Below are positions 15,759-25,690 of a stretch of DNA of 64,000 nucleotides, in pieces (position 1 is the first letter of the stretch; each line of letters begins with the position of its first letter). The stretch is taken from the NCBI GenBank assembly GCA_964439835.1, contig CAYTPQ010000015.1, forward strand, positions 310-64,309, in the 5' to 3' direction. The notes beneath the pieces were generated by a model. It was not told the origin of the DNA and searched no databases. It was given only the letters and a program-made list of their open reading frames with translations. The position numbers and the translations under genes were made by a program. Origin of the DNA: an uncultured Ectothiorhodospiraceae bacterium (lineage in GTDB: Bacteria; Pseudomonadota; Gammaproteobacteria; JAABTG01).

Positions 15759-18635
15759 TCAAGCGCGGCTGATCCGGCAGAGCGAGCACTTCGTCTCCTG
15801 CATCGCCGTCACCGAGTCGTAGCCGTAGGTGAAGGCGGTGTTGCAGGCCTCGCCCAGCACGTAGGGGTCGCTGCCCTTGGGGTACTTGTTCCGCAGGTCC
15901 TTGCCCTGGAAGTGGCCACCGAAGTGGTAGGGCATCCACACCACGCCGGGGGCCACGCCGTCCTGGGTGACCTTGGCCATGATCTTGATGCGTCCGCCCT
16001 CCGGCCCCTCGAGCCAGACCATGTCGCGGTCCCTGATGCCAATGTTGTTGGCGTCGACCTGGTTGATCTCGACGAACATGTGCTGCTGGAGCTCGGCGAG
16101 CCAGGGGTTGGAGCGGGTCTCGTCGCCGCCACCCTCGTACTCGCACAGGCGGCCGCTGCTCATGATCAGCGGGAACTCCTTGCTGTAGTCCTTGGCCTGG
16201 ATCGAGCCGTAGCGGGTCGGCAGGCGGAAGAAGGACTTGCGGTCCTGGTAGGTCGGATACTTCTCGACCAGGTCGCGGCGCGAGGTGTAGAGCGGCTCGC
16301 GGTGGATGGGCACCGGGTCCGGGAACTCCCAGGCGATGCAGCGGGCCTTGGCGTTGCCGAGCGGCGCGCAGCCGTGCTTGATCACGACGCGCTGGATCCC
16401 GCCCGAGAGGTCGGTCTTCCAGTTCTTGCCCTCGGCCTCCTTCTTCTCCGCTTCGGTCAGATCGTCCCACCAGCCCAGCTTCTTCAGCAGCGCCGCATCG
16501 AACTCGGGATAGCCGTCCTGGATCTCCGAGCCCTTGGTGTAGGAGCCGTCGGCGAGCAGGCTCACCCCCTCGCGCTCGACGCCGAACCGCGCGCGGAACG
16601 GTAGCCCCCCCTCCGCGACGGTCATGCTGGTGTCGTAGAGATTGGCCGTGCCCGGGTGCTTCATCTCGGGGGTGCCCCAGCAGGGCCACGGCAGGCCGTA
16701 GAACTCCCCGTCGGCGGGGCCGCCCTTGGCCCGCAGGGTGGTAAAGTCGAACGTATGCCAGTTCTGCTGGTGGGCCTGCAGGCGCTCCGGGCTCTGGCCC
16801 GTGTAGCCGATGGTCCACATGCCGCGGTTGTACTCGCGGACGATGTCCTCGATCAGCGGCTCCTCACCGTTCACCTTGGTGTTCTTGAAGAGCTGCTCGG
16901 CAAAGCCGAGCTTCTTCGCGAATTTGTTCATGATGGTGTGGTCGGGCAGCGACTCGAACAGCGGCTCGATCACCTTGTCCCGCCACTGCACCGAGCGGTT
17001 GGAGGCCGTGCAGGAGCCATAGGTCTCGTACTGGGTCGCGGCCGGCAGCAGGTAGACGCCGTCCTTGCGGTCGTTCATCACCGCCGTCACGGTCGGGTAG
17101 GGGTCAACGACGACGAGGAGATCCAGCTTCTCCATCGCCTTCTTCATCTCCGGCCCGCGCACCTGGCTGTTCGGCGCGTGGCCCCAGAAGATCATCGCGT
17201 GCAGGTTGTCCTTCTGCCCCATCAGGGCCTTGTCCTCGAGCACCCCGTCGATCCAGCGGGAGACCGGAATGCCCTTGGTGTTCATGGGCTTCAGCGGCTT
17301 CTCCTTGGTGCCCTCGTAGCTGCCCTGATCGAACCGTCCGGCGAGCCACTCGTAGTCCACCCCCCAGACCCGGGCCCAGTGCTTCCAGGAGCCCTCGGCG
17401 AGCCCGTAGTAGCCCGGCAGGTCGTCGCAGAGCACGCCGAAGTCGGTGGCGCCCTGCACGTTGTCATGGCCGCGGAAGATGTTCGTGCCGCCGCCGGCCA
17501 CGCCCATGTTGCCGAGCGCCAGCTGGAAGATGCTGTAGGCGCGGGTGTTGTTGTTGCCGATGGTGTGCTGGGTGCCGCCCATGCACCAGATGAACGTGCC
17601 CGGCCGGTTGTCGGCCATGGTCTTGGCGGCCCGCTTCACCTGCGCCTCGGGCACCCCGGTGACGCGCTCGACCTCGTCGGGCGTCCACTTGGCCACCTCG
17701 TCCCGCACCTTGTCCATCCCGTACACCCGCTGGCGGATGAACTCCTTGTCCTCCCAGCCGTTCTGGAAGATGTGCCAGAGCATGCCCCAGATGAGCGGCA
17801 CGTCGGTCCCCGGGCGGATCCGGATGTACTGGCTGGCGTGGGCCGCGGTACGGGTGAAGCGCGGGTCGATGACGATGAGCGGTGCGTGGTTGCGCTCGGT
17901 GGCCTCGAACACGTGCAGCAACGACACCGGGTGGGCCTCGGCGGGGTTGCCGCCGATGATCAGGATGGCCTTGGAGTTGTGGATGTCGTTGTAGCTGTTG
18001 GTCATCGCGCCGTAGCCCCAGGTGTTCGCGACACCGGCCACGGTGGTGGAGTGGCAGATGCGCGCCTGGTGGTCGACGTTGTTGGTGCCCCACATGGAGG
18101 CGAACTTCCGGAACAAGTAGGCCTGCTCGTTGTTGAACTTGGCCGAGCCGAGCCAGTACACCGAGTCGGGCCCCGACTGCTCGCGGATCTTGAGCAGCTG
18201 GTCGCCGATCTCATTGATGGCCTGGTCCCAGCTGATCCGGGTCCATTCCCCGTTCACGAGCTTGGTCGGGTACTTCAGCCGCCGCTCGCCGTGGCCGTGC
18301 TCGCGCACTGCCGCACCCTTCGCGCAGTGGCCGCCGCGGTTGAAGGGATGGTCGAAGGCCGGCTCCTGGCCGGTCCACACGCCGCTCTGGACCTCGGCGT
18401 AGATGCCGCAGCCGACCGAGCAGTGGGTACAGATGGTCCGCGCGATCCGCACCTTCTCGGCTGCGGCGGGTGCCGCGGCTGCGTCGGCCCGGCGAACCAT
18501 GCCCACCGGGAGGGAACCGGCGGCCGCCAGGCCACCGATGGCGAGACCGGACCGCTTGACGAAGGTGCGCCGATCGAGGGTGCCGCCCGGAGAGGAGGCG
18601 TTGCCGTCCGTCGGGTGCTTCTTGACAAGTTTCAT
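15759..18635 (-). CDS. fdhA: Formate dehydrogenase alpha subunit (bis-MGD, Cys-ligated, probably tungsten)
   Basis: Tat signal DRRTFVKRS; CTHCSVGC...C Fe-S motif; active site ARICHSTT with a TGC Cys codon; RGHDNVQG. Confidence 0.95.
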   Translation of the reverse strand: MKLVKKHPTDGNASSPGGTLDRRTFVKRSGLAIGGLAAAGSLPVGMVRRADAAAAPAAAEKVRIARTICTHCSVGCGIYAEVQSGVWTGQEPAFDHPFNRGGHCAKGAAVREHGHGERRLKYPTKLVNGEWTRISWDQAINEIGDQLLKIREQSGPDSVYWLGSAKFNNEQAYLFRKFASMWGTNNVDHQARICHSTTVAGVANTWGYGAMTNSYNDIHNSKAILIIGGNPAEAHPVSLLHVFEATERNHAPLIVIDPRFTRTAAHASQYIRIRPGTDVPLIWGMLWHIFQNGWEDKEFIRQRVYGMDKVRDEVAKWTPDEVERVTGVPEAQVKRAAKTMADNRPGTFIWCMGGTQHTIGNNNTRAYSIFQLALGNMGVAGGGTNIFRGHDNVQGATDFGVLCDDLPGYYGLAEGSWKHWARVWGVDYEWLAGRFDQGSYEGTKEKPLKPMNTKGIPVSRWIDGVLEDKALMGQKDNLHAMIFWGHAPNSQVRGPEMKKAMEKLDLLVVVDPYPTVTAVMNDRKDGVYLLPAATQYETYGSCTASNRSVQWRDKVIEPLFESLPDHTIMNKFAKKLGFAEQLFKNTKVNGEEPLIEDIVREYNRGMWTIGYTGQSPERLQAHQQNWHTFDFTTLRAKGGPADGEFYGLPWPCWGTPEMKHPGTANLYDTSMTVAEGGLPFRARFGVEREGVSLLADGSYTKGSEIQDGYPEFDAALLKKLGWWDDLTEAEKKEAEGKNWKTDLSGGIQRVVIKHGCAPLGNAKARCIAWEFPDPVPIHREPLYTSRRDLVEKYPTYQDRKSFFRLPTRYGSIQAKDYSKEFPLIMSSGRLCEYEGGGDETRSNPWLAELQQHMFVEINQVDANNIGIRDRDMVWLEGPEGGRIKIMAKVTQDGVAPGVVWMPYHFGGHFQGKDLRNKYPKGSDPYVLGEACNTAFTYGYDSVTAMQETKCSLCRISRA

Positions 18636-18692
18636 GGTGCAGGCTCCTGGCAGATCACCGCCGGGGGGCAGGTCGCAAGGACCGCCCCCGCC

Positions 18693-18899
18693 TCAGATCC
18701 GTGCAGATTCGTAGTAGGCGCGCACATGCGCCGTTTCCTGGTAACCCCGGCGTTTCTTGGGAGCCGGCTGACCCGGGTCCGGGGCCGCCGCGGAGGAGGC
18801 TGGCGGGAGGGCCACCGCCACCGCCGCGGCACCACCCGCTGTGGTCAGGGTCTTAAGAAAGTGCCTTCTGCTGGTATCGAGCGCTTGCGGGTTGCTCAT
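18693..18899 (-). CDS. Small Tat-signal protein of formate dehydrogenase regions
   Basis: SRRHFLK twin-arginine motif and C-terminal GYQETAHVRAYY typical of this family. Confidence 0.8.
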   Translation of the reverse strand: MSNPQALDTSRRHFLKTLTTAGGAAAVAVALPPASSAAAPDPGQPAPKKRRGYQETAHVRAYYESARI

Positions 18900-18944
18900 G
18901 CTGCCCTCCAGTGCGCCGGTCCTCCCGCCGGGAGGGGCCGCCCC

Positions 18945-19550
18945 TCAGACGGGAAGGTCGAAGTAGAGCCGCTCCAGCTCGAGGAAGCGGCGCCCCAGGC
19001 CGCCGACCGCCCGGTACAGACGCGCGGACTCGGCCTGCTCGAGGTCTTCGAAGAACCGCCCCATCCATGGCGCGACGTGCGCCTCGAAGAACGACTGCTG
19101 ATGCTCACGCGAAATGTCCCCTGTGAAATTGATCATTCGCATGATCTCGCACAGGGCCGCGGCATGGTCCTCCGGCTCGTACACCCCCTCCGACCGCGCA
19201 AACCCGAGCCGAGCGAGGTCCTCTCGCAGCGCCGCGAGCGGTTGCTCCATCAGGTATCCGGTGAGATACCAGGAAGCATAGGGGAGGACCTCGCCCCGTC
19301 CGAGCCCGATGAAGAGGTGGTAGTACTCCCGCTCCGCCTGCTCGGGGCTGCTTGCCAGCGCCGCCTCGCGCAAGGCGTGCCAGGCCGGTGCCAGGGGGCT
19401 GTCCGCTGCGTCGTCGGGGCTGAGGGCCGCCAGCGTGGCGAGGGTGGCCGCGTCCGGCGGACGGGCCAGGAGCGCTGCGAGCAGGCCGTAGACGTCGGCT
19501 CGCGGCTGGTCCGTTGACGACCTGGGGTCGAGGCGGTCCTCAGCGGTCAC
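18945..19550 (-). CDS. TorD/DmsD-family molybdoenzyme chaperone
   Basis: PYASWYLTG and EPEDHAAALCE motifs, inside the fdh operon. Confidence 0.88.
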   Translation of the reverse strand: MTAEDRLDPRSSTDQPRADVYGLLAALLARPPDAATLATLAALSPDDAADSPLAPAWHALREAALASSPEQAEREYYHLFIGLGRGEVLPYASWYLTGYLMEQPLAALREDLARLGFARSEGVYEPEDHAAALCEIMRMINFTGDISREHQQSFFEAHVAPWMGRFFEDLEQAESARLYRAVGGLGRRFLELERLYFDLPV

Positions 19551-21195
19551 GGCGCTCGTCCTCGGCTGTGGCCTGGGCTGCGAGCTCGGCCTCGTAGAGT
19601 GCCCGGACGCGGCAGTCCTCGCACATCTGCAGGCGCTCCAGCGCCGGGCCCAGGAACAGGGGGTGGTTGGCCAACCGGGCGGTCATGCGGTCGATCAGGC
19701 TGCGGGTCCCGAACGGCTTGCCGCAACGGATGCAGTGAAACGGCGGCTCCTCCTTCAGGACCCGCGGGGTTCGCCGGCGCACGGGGTCGAAGAGATACCG
19801 CGGAGACGGGCCGATGGCGTCCTCCGGGCAGGAACGGCCGCACAGGCCGCACTGCACGCAGTTGTCCTCGATGAAGCGCAGCTGCGGGCCCTCCTCGCCG
19901 CCCAGCAGGGCCTTGCCCGGGCACTGGGAGACGCAGGCCATGCAGAGCGTGCAGCGGGCCCCGTCGAGCCAGACCTCGCCGAAGGGGGCGCCGGCCGGCA
20001 GGCTGATCAGCGGCCGGCGCGCCGGCGCGTGCCGATGGAGGTGGTCGAGGGCGAGGCGTGCCACCGCGCGCTTGTCGTCCAGGCCCGCGAAGCCCGCGGG
20101 CTCCGCCGGCGGCGGCGCGGCGCTGGGCGCCCACGTCTGGCCGGCAAGGTCGGACACCACCGCCACGGCGTCCTCGGGATACCTCATCCCCTGGAGCAGC
20201 GCGGCGGCCAGGGTAACCTGCTCGTCGAGGACCCGGCGCGCCGAGGCCGGGGTCGCAGGCGGTGCCAGCAGGCGCACGGCCGCCGCGCCGTAGGCCAGGG
20301 CCGCGAGCCAGACTTCGAGCCCCGCGCTGCCGACCTCTTCCAACTCCACCGGGACCACCGCGTCCGGCAGGTCCGCCGCGCGCGCCTGGGTGCCGTCTTC
20401 TCGCCCGTGCAGGAGCAGGACCGGTGCCCCACCGCCGGCGCTGCGGTAGGCCCCCAGCAGGGCCTTGAGGGCCTCCAGGGTCTCGCCGGGTCTCGGGGTG
20501 GCGTACCGGATCGCACCCGTGGGGCAGGCCGTGGCGCAGACGCCGATGCCCTGGCACAGGCTCGGGTCCACGGCGATCCGCTCGCCGAGGGCAGTGATGG
20601 CCTCGGCGGGGCAGGCTTCGATGCAGCGCCGACAGCCCACGATGCCGCTGCGGGCGTGGGCGCAGACGTCGGGGTCGTAGCGAAAGTACTTCGGCTTCTC
20701 GAATTCCCCGACCAGGTCGGGGAGCTGGGCCAGGGCCGACGCCAGGGCCTCGGGGTCGGTGCCGGGGGCGAAGTAGCCGGGTGGCAAGACCTCGCGGCGC
20801 AGCAGCGGCGGGCTGCCCAGATCGAGGACCAGGTCGATGGCGTCGCCCGCCTCCGGGAGCAGCTCGCCCAGACCGACCGGCCCGGCGGCAGTCTGCACGG
20901 TGAGCCGGAAGGCGCCCAGGTGACCGGTCAGGGCCGCAGCCGGTGCCCGGACCGCGGGGACGTCCCCGTGCTCGATGCCGCCGGCGGCATCTGGGGGCAC
21001 GGGGATCAGGCGCAGGCAGGTGAGGGGGCCGGCCAGGTGCGTGACGGCGTCGCGCGCCGGGGCGTCGTCGCCGCCGACGATCAGCAGCCGGCCCCTGGAA
21101 CGGAACGAGACCGAGTCTCCCGCACTCCGGGTGACCTCGGAGAAGGCGCGCAGTGCCGCCTGGCGTGGCGATCCGTTCGGGTGGGTTGCACTCAC
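19540..21195 (-). CDS. Polyferredoxin (4Fe-4S binding) protein of fdh clusters
   Basis: Multiple ferredoxin-type Cys motifs (GCRRCIEACP, CQGIGVCATACP, CTLCMACVSQCP, CVQCGLCGRSCP, CIRCGKPF). Confidence 0.85.
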   Translation of the reverse strand: MSATHPNGSPRQAALRAFSEVTRSAGDSVSFRSRGRLLIVGGDDAPARDAVTHLAGPLTCLRLIPVPPDAAGGIEHGDVPAVRAPAAALTGHLGAFRLTVQTAAGPVGLGELLPEAGDAIDLVLDLGSPPLLRREVLPPGYFAPGTDPEALASALAQLPDLVGEFEKPKYFRYDPDVCAHARSGIVGCRRCIEACPAEAITALGERIAVDPSLCQGIGVCATACPTGAIRYATPRPGETLEALKALLGAYRSAGGGAPVLLLHGREDGTQARAADLPDAVVPVELEEVGSAGLEVWLAALAYGAAAVRLLAPPATPASARRVLDEQVTLAAALLQGMRYPEDAVAVVSDLAGQTWAPSAAPPPAEPAGFAGLDDKRAVARLALDHLHRHAPARRPLISLPAGAPFGEVWLDGARCTLCMACVSQCPGKALLGGEEGPQLRFIEDNCVQCGLCGRSCPEDAIGPSPRYLFDPVRRRTPRVLKEEPPFHCIRCGKPFGTRSLIDRMTARLANHPLFLGPALERLQMCEDCRVRALYEAELAAQATAEDERRDR

Positions 21196-21201
21196 CGCTG
21201 A

Positions 21202-21954
21202 TCAGCTCCCTGCATCCACGCGGGGCGCCGGGTCTGGCGCCCCTGCGAGGTCGATGGAGTCATCCCCGGTCTGCCCGCTCGGCTCGGGCTGACCGGGTTC
21301 GCCGCCCTGGGCTTCGCCGGGGCTCGGCTGCGGCTCGGGGCGGTGGGGCGCGCGTGCGGCGCTCGCGCCGGGGGCGGTGTGTGCCTGCGCCGACGCCTGA
21401 TCGCCTGGGGCCGTGTCGCCAGCCGCCTCCGTGAGGCGGCGCGCCTCGCGCTCGAGGGCGGCCCGCACCTCGTGGGGCACCAGGTCTCCCAGGGGCTCGA
21501 AGTGGGTATAGTCCTCCCAGTAGTCTGTCAGGCCGTCCCGCACGTTGCGCTCCGGCAGGTGGAATAGCTTGCGCAGCGCCTGCCGGCGCAGGGCGGGGTC
21601 GACCTCCGGCGCCAGGAAAGGCCGGAAGTCCGATTGGGCGTCCAGGGACTCCAGCGGGGGCAGCTCGACGGCCTCTGCCTGCGCCGGCGGAGGGGCGGGT
21701 GCAGCCGGCCGGTCCGGTCCGGCCGTCCCGCCCGCCCGCCGCGGGCCGTGATCCGGTGGTTGCGCCGGTGGCTGTGCTGGACCCGGGCGGGGGGGCGGTC
21801 CGTCGCTCACGGCCGACCCCGGCTCGGGACGGTGCGGAGCCCCGGTCACGGCGCCCGCCGCGCCACGGGCGGCCTGCTTCAGCCGCAGCCAGCGGCCGAG
21901 GAATCCCTCGCTCGCCGTTGGTGGCCCCTCCCGGCGCTCAGGACGGGCAGTCAC
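21202..21954 (-). CDS. DUF3306-family protein
   Basis: FLGRWLRLK, LRRQALRKLF and DGLTDYWEDY motifs; paired with DUF3305. Confidence 0.8.
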   Translation of the reverse strand: MTARPERREGPPTASEGFLGRWLRLKQAARGAAGAVTGAPHRPEPGSAVSDGPPPRPGPAQPPAQPPDHGPRRAGGTAGPDRPAAPAPPPAQAEAVELPPLESLDAQSDFRPFLAPEVDPALRRQALRKLFHLPERNVRDGLTDYWEDYTHFEPLGDLVPHEVRAALEREARRLTEAAGDTAPGDQASAQAHTAPGASAARAPHRPEPQPSPGEAQGGEPGQPEPSGQTGDDSIDLAGAPDPAPRVDAGS

Positions 21955-22450
21955 AGGATGGCCCTCCCTCGGCTCCCTCGTCGAGCTTGCGCTTGCGGCG
22001 CTTCTCCGGCACGTAATGCTCGATCACGTAGGCCTCGACCCAGCGATAGACCTCGGGCGGCATCGCGACCGGGAAGACCTGGCCGTCGCCCTGCATGTAG
22101 GCCTCTGCGGCGTCGTAGCTCGCTGTGGCATGGATCGTCTTCAACCCGCCGCCGTCCTGGGGCCGGCAGACGACGAACACCCGGGGCGCCGCGCTGGTCA
22201 GGTTGTGGTAGTAGCTCTCCACCTCGTCCCGGAACAGCGACAGCGTCAGCCCGGTATCGAGGAACTGGGTGGCGTCCGGCTCGCTGCGCGCAATGGTGCG
22301 CGTCGCGTGCCCGGCCGCCGCCTGGCCGGCGACCAGCCCGACGACTCGCCAGCGCTCGCTCTGCCACGGGTTGTCCCGCAACGCCTCCCGCGTCAGCAGG
22401 ACCGCGACGGGGAGGCTCTGGGGTGCGTCGTCGCTCGGGGCTGGGGTCAT
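21938..22450 (-). CDS. DUF3305-family protein
   Basis: NPWQSERW, LFRDEVESYYHNL and RRKRK motifs; likely ATG at 22450. Confidence 0.8.
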   Translation of the reverse strand: MTPAPSDDAPQSLPVAVLLTREALRDNPWQSERWRVVGLVAGQAAAGHATRTIARSEPDATQFLDTGLTLSLFRDEVESYYHNLTSAAPRVFVVCRPQDGGGLKTIHATASYDAAEAYMQGDGQVFPVAMPPEVYRWVEAYVIEHYVPEKRRKRKLDEGAEGGPSCDCPS

Positions 22451-22657
22451 CGGGCTGGAAAGCACGTGGCGGACGTTTATGATGCGAGTCAGAGGCGCTG
22501 GCGGACTGGCCCCTCGGCCAGCGGTGAGCACGCCGTACCCATGCGTACCGGCTCAGTACCGCAGCCAGGGTGAGCGGCTCCCGGCCGCCGACTATCGCCG
22601 CGGTCAGGACCCGATCAGGGTCTCCACACCGAGGACCAGAGCGGGCGAGCCTGATTC

Positions 22658-23560
22658 ATGCATGAGCTTAGCAAAGTCGAGGAGGAGGTGGACGCCCCCT
22701 ACCGGCCGACGATGACCCGGGCCGGGTTGGCGCCGACCCATGCCGTTACCGCCCTCGACGAGTACGGCGAGCCGCGCGAGGTGCACGTCGCGGGGGAGAT
22801 GCCGCTCACGCTCTACGTCGACGGCCGAGAGATCGTGACCCTGATGACGCTCGGCACCCATCCCGAGGCCCTGGCCCTCGGCTACCTGCGGACCCAGCGC
22901 TTCCTCGAGGCCATCGAGGACGTGCGGTCGGTCGAGATCCGGTGGGACACCGAGTCCGCCCGGGTGACGACCTGGCATGGGGTCGAGGGGTGGGACGAGA
23001 AGCTCAAGCGGCGCACGGTGACGACCGGCTGTGGGCAGGGCACGGTGTTCAGCTGCACCCTCGACAAGCTCTACAGCCTGCGCTTGCCCGACGCGACGGT
23101 GCGCCAGTCCACGCTCTACGGCCTGCTGCAGAGCCTCGCTCGAGCCAACGAGGTCTACCGCCGGGCGGGCGCGGTGCACGGCTGCGCCCTCTGCGTGGGC
23201 ACCGAGCCCCTGCTGTTCGTCGAGGACGTGGGTCGTCACAACGCCGCCGACGCGGTGGCGGGGTACATGTGGCTGGAACGCATCGCGGGCGACGACAAGG
23301 TCTTCTACACCACCGGCCGGCTCACCTCCGAGATCGTCATGAAGGTCGCCCTGATGGGTGTGCCGGTGCTGGTGTCCCGCTCCGGGGTCACTCACATGGG
23401 TCTGGAGCTTGCCCGCGAGGTGGGCATGACCATGATCGCGCGGGCCAAGGGCCGGCATTTCCTGGTCTACAACGGCGCCGAGCGGGTGGTCTTCGACGAG
23501 CCACCGGAGCTGCGGCACTCCACCGACTTCCGCCGTGGGGCCGACGAAGACCCGACCTAG
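22658..23560 (+). CDS. fdhD: Formate dehydrogenase accessory sulfurtransferase
   Basis: TTGCGQG, GAVHGCAL, EDVGRHNA and TTGRLTSE motifs. Confidence 0.92.
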   Translation: MHELSKVEEEVDAPYRPTMTRAGLAPTHAVTALDEYGEPREVHVAGEMPLTLYVDGREIVTLMTLGTHPEALALGYLRTQRFLEAIEDVRSVEIRWDTESARVTTWHGVEGWDEKLKRRTVTTGCGQGTVFSCTLDKLYSLRLPDATVRQSTLYGLLQSLARANEVYRRAGAVHGCALCVGTEPLLFVEDVGRHNAADAVAGYMWLERIAGDDKVFYTTGRLTSEIVMKVALMGVPVLVSRSGVTHMGLELAREVGMTMIARAKGRHFLVYNGAERVVFDEPPELRHSTDFRRGADEDPT

Positions 23561-23586
23561 CGCACGGCCCCGCCAGCACCCGCCCC

Positions 23587-23796
23587 CTATTCTTCCAGGG
23601 CGATCTCGCCGTCGATCGCCTGATCGAGGCCGAGCCCCGGGCAGGTGAGCCGCACGGACACCGGCAACCGCTCGTCACCTTTGACCCGGCCGGCGGCCAG
23701 CGCCTCCCGTACCGCACGTTCCACCTCGCGCTGGGAGGTGATGCCGACCCGCTTCAGGAACGTCCGGATAGACAGGTTGAGCACGTCCTCGTTCAT
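23587..23796 (-). CDS. Small conserved protein (DUF6494-like)
   Basis: 69 aa, MNEDVLNLSIRTFLKRVGITSQREVE...DGEIALE; GGAG-like RBS. Confidence 0.7.
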   Translation of the reverse strand: MNEDVLNLSIRTFLKRVGITSQREVERAVREALAAGRVKGDERLPVSVRLTCPGLGLDQAIDGEIALEE

Positions 23797-23895
23797 CGCT
23801 GATCCCCTCCTGGTTCGGGCCGTCGGTCTGGCTCAGGCCCGGGGCAAATCCAGTATAGTGGTGCGCAGCAGCGCTGCAGCCCCGGTCCCGAGTGG

Positions 23896-24798
23896 ATGAG
23901 TCCGCCTGCGTCCGCCCCCCTGCCCGAGTTCCTGACGACCCGCGAGGTCGCCGCGCTGCTGCGGGTGAAGGCGCGCAAAGTGTACGACTTGGCGGCCTCG
24001 TCGGAGATCCCGTGCCGGCGGTTGACGGGCAAGCTGTTGTTCCCACGGGTAGAGATCGAGGCCTGGCTGGCGCGACACCAGGGAACGGCCCGGCCGTTGG
24101 TCGATGAGCCCCAGCCCAATATTCTGGTGGGCAGCCACGACCCGCTGCTGGACTGGGCGCTGCGGGAATCCCGCAGCGGCATCGCCACGTTCCTGGACGG
24201 AAGCCTCGACGGACTGGCCCGGATGGGGCGGCACGAGGCAGGCGCAGCCGGGATCCACCTCTACGAGCCCGAACGTGACGACTGGAACCGGGGCCACGTC
24301 GAGGAGGCCCTGGGCCAGCAGCCGGTGGTGCTGCTGGAGTGGGCCTGGCGCGAGCGCGGTTTGATCCTTGCCCCGGGCAACCCGCACGGCGTCTCGGACC
24401 TCACCGGACTCCGGGGCCTGCGGGTGGTCCCCCGCCAGGCGGAGGCTGGCAGCCAGGTGCTCTTCACCCTGCTGCTGGAGCGGACCGGGCTGCGCCCGAG
24501 CGACCTTCAGGTGAACCGCTCCCCGGTCCGCAGTGAGGTCGACCTGGGTCTGGCCGTGGCGGACGGGAAGGCGGACGCCGGATTCGGGCTCGCGGCCGTT
24601 GCCCGGCAGCTGCGCCTCACCTTCGTGCCGGTCCTGCGCGAGCGCTACGACCTGCTGGTCTGGCGCCGGGCCTACTTCGAGCCCCCGATACAGCGCCTGT
24701 TGGAGTTCTGCCGCACCGAGGTCTTCCGTGTGCGCGCCGACGAGATGGGGGGCTACGACGTCGGCGGGCTCGGCACGGTGCACTACAACGGCCCCTGA
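23896..24798 (+). CDS. Transcriptional regulator: excisionase-like HTH plus molybdate/tungstate-type periplasmic-binding-protein-like domain
   Basis: N-terminal LTTREVAALLRVKARKVYDLA HTH, then GSHDPLLDW, GSLDGL and ERYDLLV motifs; adjacent to tupABC. Confidence 0.8.
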   Translation: MSPPASAPLPEFLTTREVAALLRVKARKVYDLAASSEIPCRRLTGKLLFPRVEIEAWLARHQGTARPLVDEPQPNILVGSHDPLLDWALRESRSGIATFLDGSLDGLARMGRHEAGAAGIHLYEPERDDWNRGHVEEALGQQPVVLLEWAWRERGLILAPGNPHGVSDLTGLRGLRVVPRQAEAGSQVLFTLLLERTGLRPSDLQVNRSPVRSEVDLGLAVADGKADAGFGLAAVARQLRLTFVPVLRERYDLLVWRRAYFEPPIQRLLEFCRTEVFRVRADEMGGYDVGGLGTVHYNGP

Positions 24799-24807
24799 AC
24801 CGACCGT

Positions 24808-25635
24808 CTACTGCTTCGCGTTCGGGAAGAAGAGTGGCTCCCCGTTCAGCTTGAAGCTGGCGATCGCCGCCTGACCCTCCGGTCCGACCAGCCAGTCGAC
24901 GAAGCGCTGGCCGAGATCGGCCTTGGCGCGGGGGTGACGCGCAGGGTTGACCAGGATGACCCCGTAGGGATTGAAGAGCTTCGGATCGCCCTCGACCAGC
25001 ACCTCCAGGTCACCTTTGTTCTTGAAGCTGACCCAGGTGCCCCGATCGGTCAGGGAGTAGGCGCCCATGCCCACGGCGGTGTTCAGGGTGGCCCCCATGC
25101 CGGAGCCGGTCTCTCGGTACCAGGTGCCGCTAGCGCCGGCGGCGTCGACCCCGGCCTCCCTCCAGAGGTCCCGCTCCATCTTGTGCGTGCCGCTGTCGTC
25201 CCCGCGTGAGGCGAACACGGCCTTCCTGGCGGCGATCTTGCCGAAGGCCGCCACGGCGTCCTGCATCCCGCGCACGCCGGCCGGGTCGGCGCGGGGACCG
25301 ACGACAACGAAGTCGTTGTACATCACGTCGTAACGCTTCACCCCCCAGCCCTCCGCGACGAACTTCTCCTCGTCCTTGCGCGCGTGCACGAGTAGCACGT
25401 CGCCGTCGCCGTTCTGGGCGTTCTTGATGGCCTGCCCGGTGCCGACGGCGATCACCCGGACCTCGATGCCGGTTTTCCCGGTGAAGTGGGGCAGGATGTG
25501 GCCAAACAGCCCGGAGTTCTCGGTGGATGTGGTCGACTGCACCACGATAAACGGGGCGTCGGCCGCGCTCTGGCCGGAGAGACTGGCGCCCAGCGCCGTG
25601 ACGCCGAGTAAGGTCTGGAGGGCACGCCGCAACAT
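24808..25635 (-). CDS. tupA: Tungstate ABC transporter substrate-binding protein
   Basis: Signal peptide, STTSTENSG (TTTS-like tungstate motif), GTGQA, SRGDDSGTH. Confidence 0.9.
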   Translation of the reverse strand: MLRRALQTLLGVTALGASLSGQSAADAPFIVVQSTTSTENSGLFGHILPHFTGKTGIEVRVIAVGTGQAIKNAQNGDGDVLLVHARKDEEKFVAEGWGVKRYDVMYNDFVVVGPRADPAGVRGMQDAVAAFGKIAARKAVFASRGDDSGTHKMERDLWREAGVDAAGASGTWYRETGSGMGATLNTAVGMGAYSLTDRGTWVSFKNKGDLEVLVEGDPKLFNPYGVILVNPARHPRAKADLGQRFVDWLVGPEGQAAIASFKLNGEPLFFPNAKQ

Positions 25636-25690
25636 GGTGAGGACTCCTTTCGGGTGGGTGGGGCATCCAAGCGGATCGCCTCCCCAGGTC

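Noticed and set aside
18054-18056. Possible selenocysteine in FdhA
   Set aside because: The active-site codon is TGC (Cys) and the ORF has no in-frame TGA.
16656-19517. 953-aa plus-strand ORF, and similar Arg/Gly/Pro-rich ORFs such as 12010-14256, 2511-4166 and 37004-38680
   Set aside because: They overlap well-supported genes on the other strand or frame and have low-information composition.
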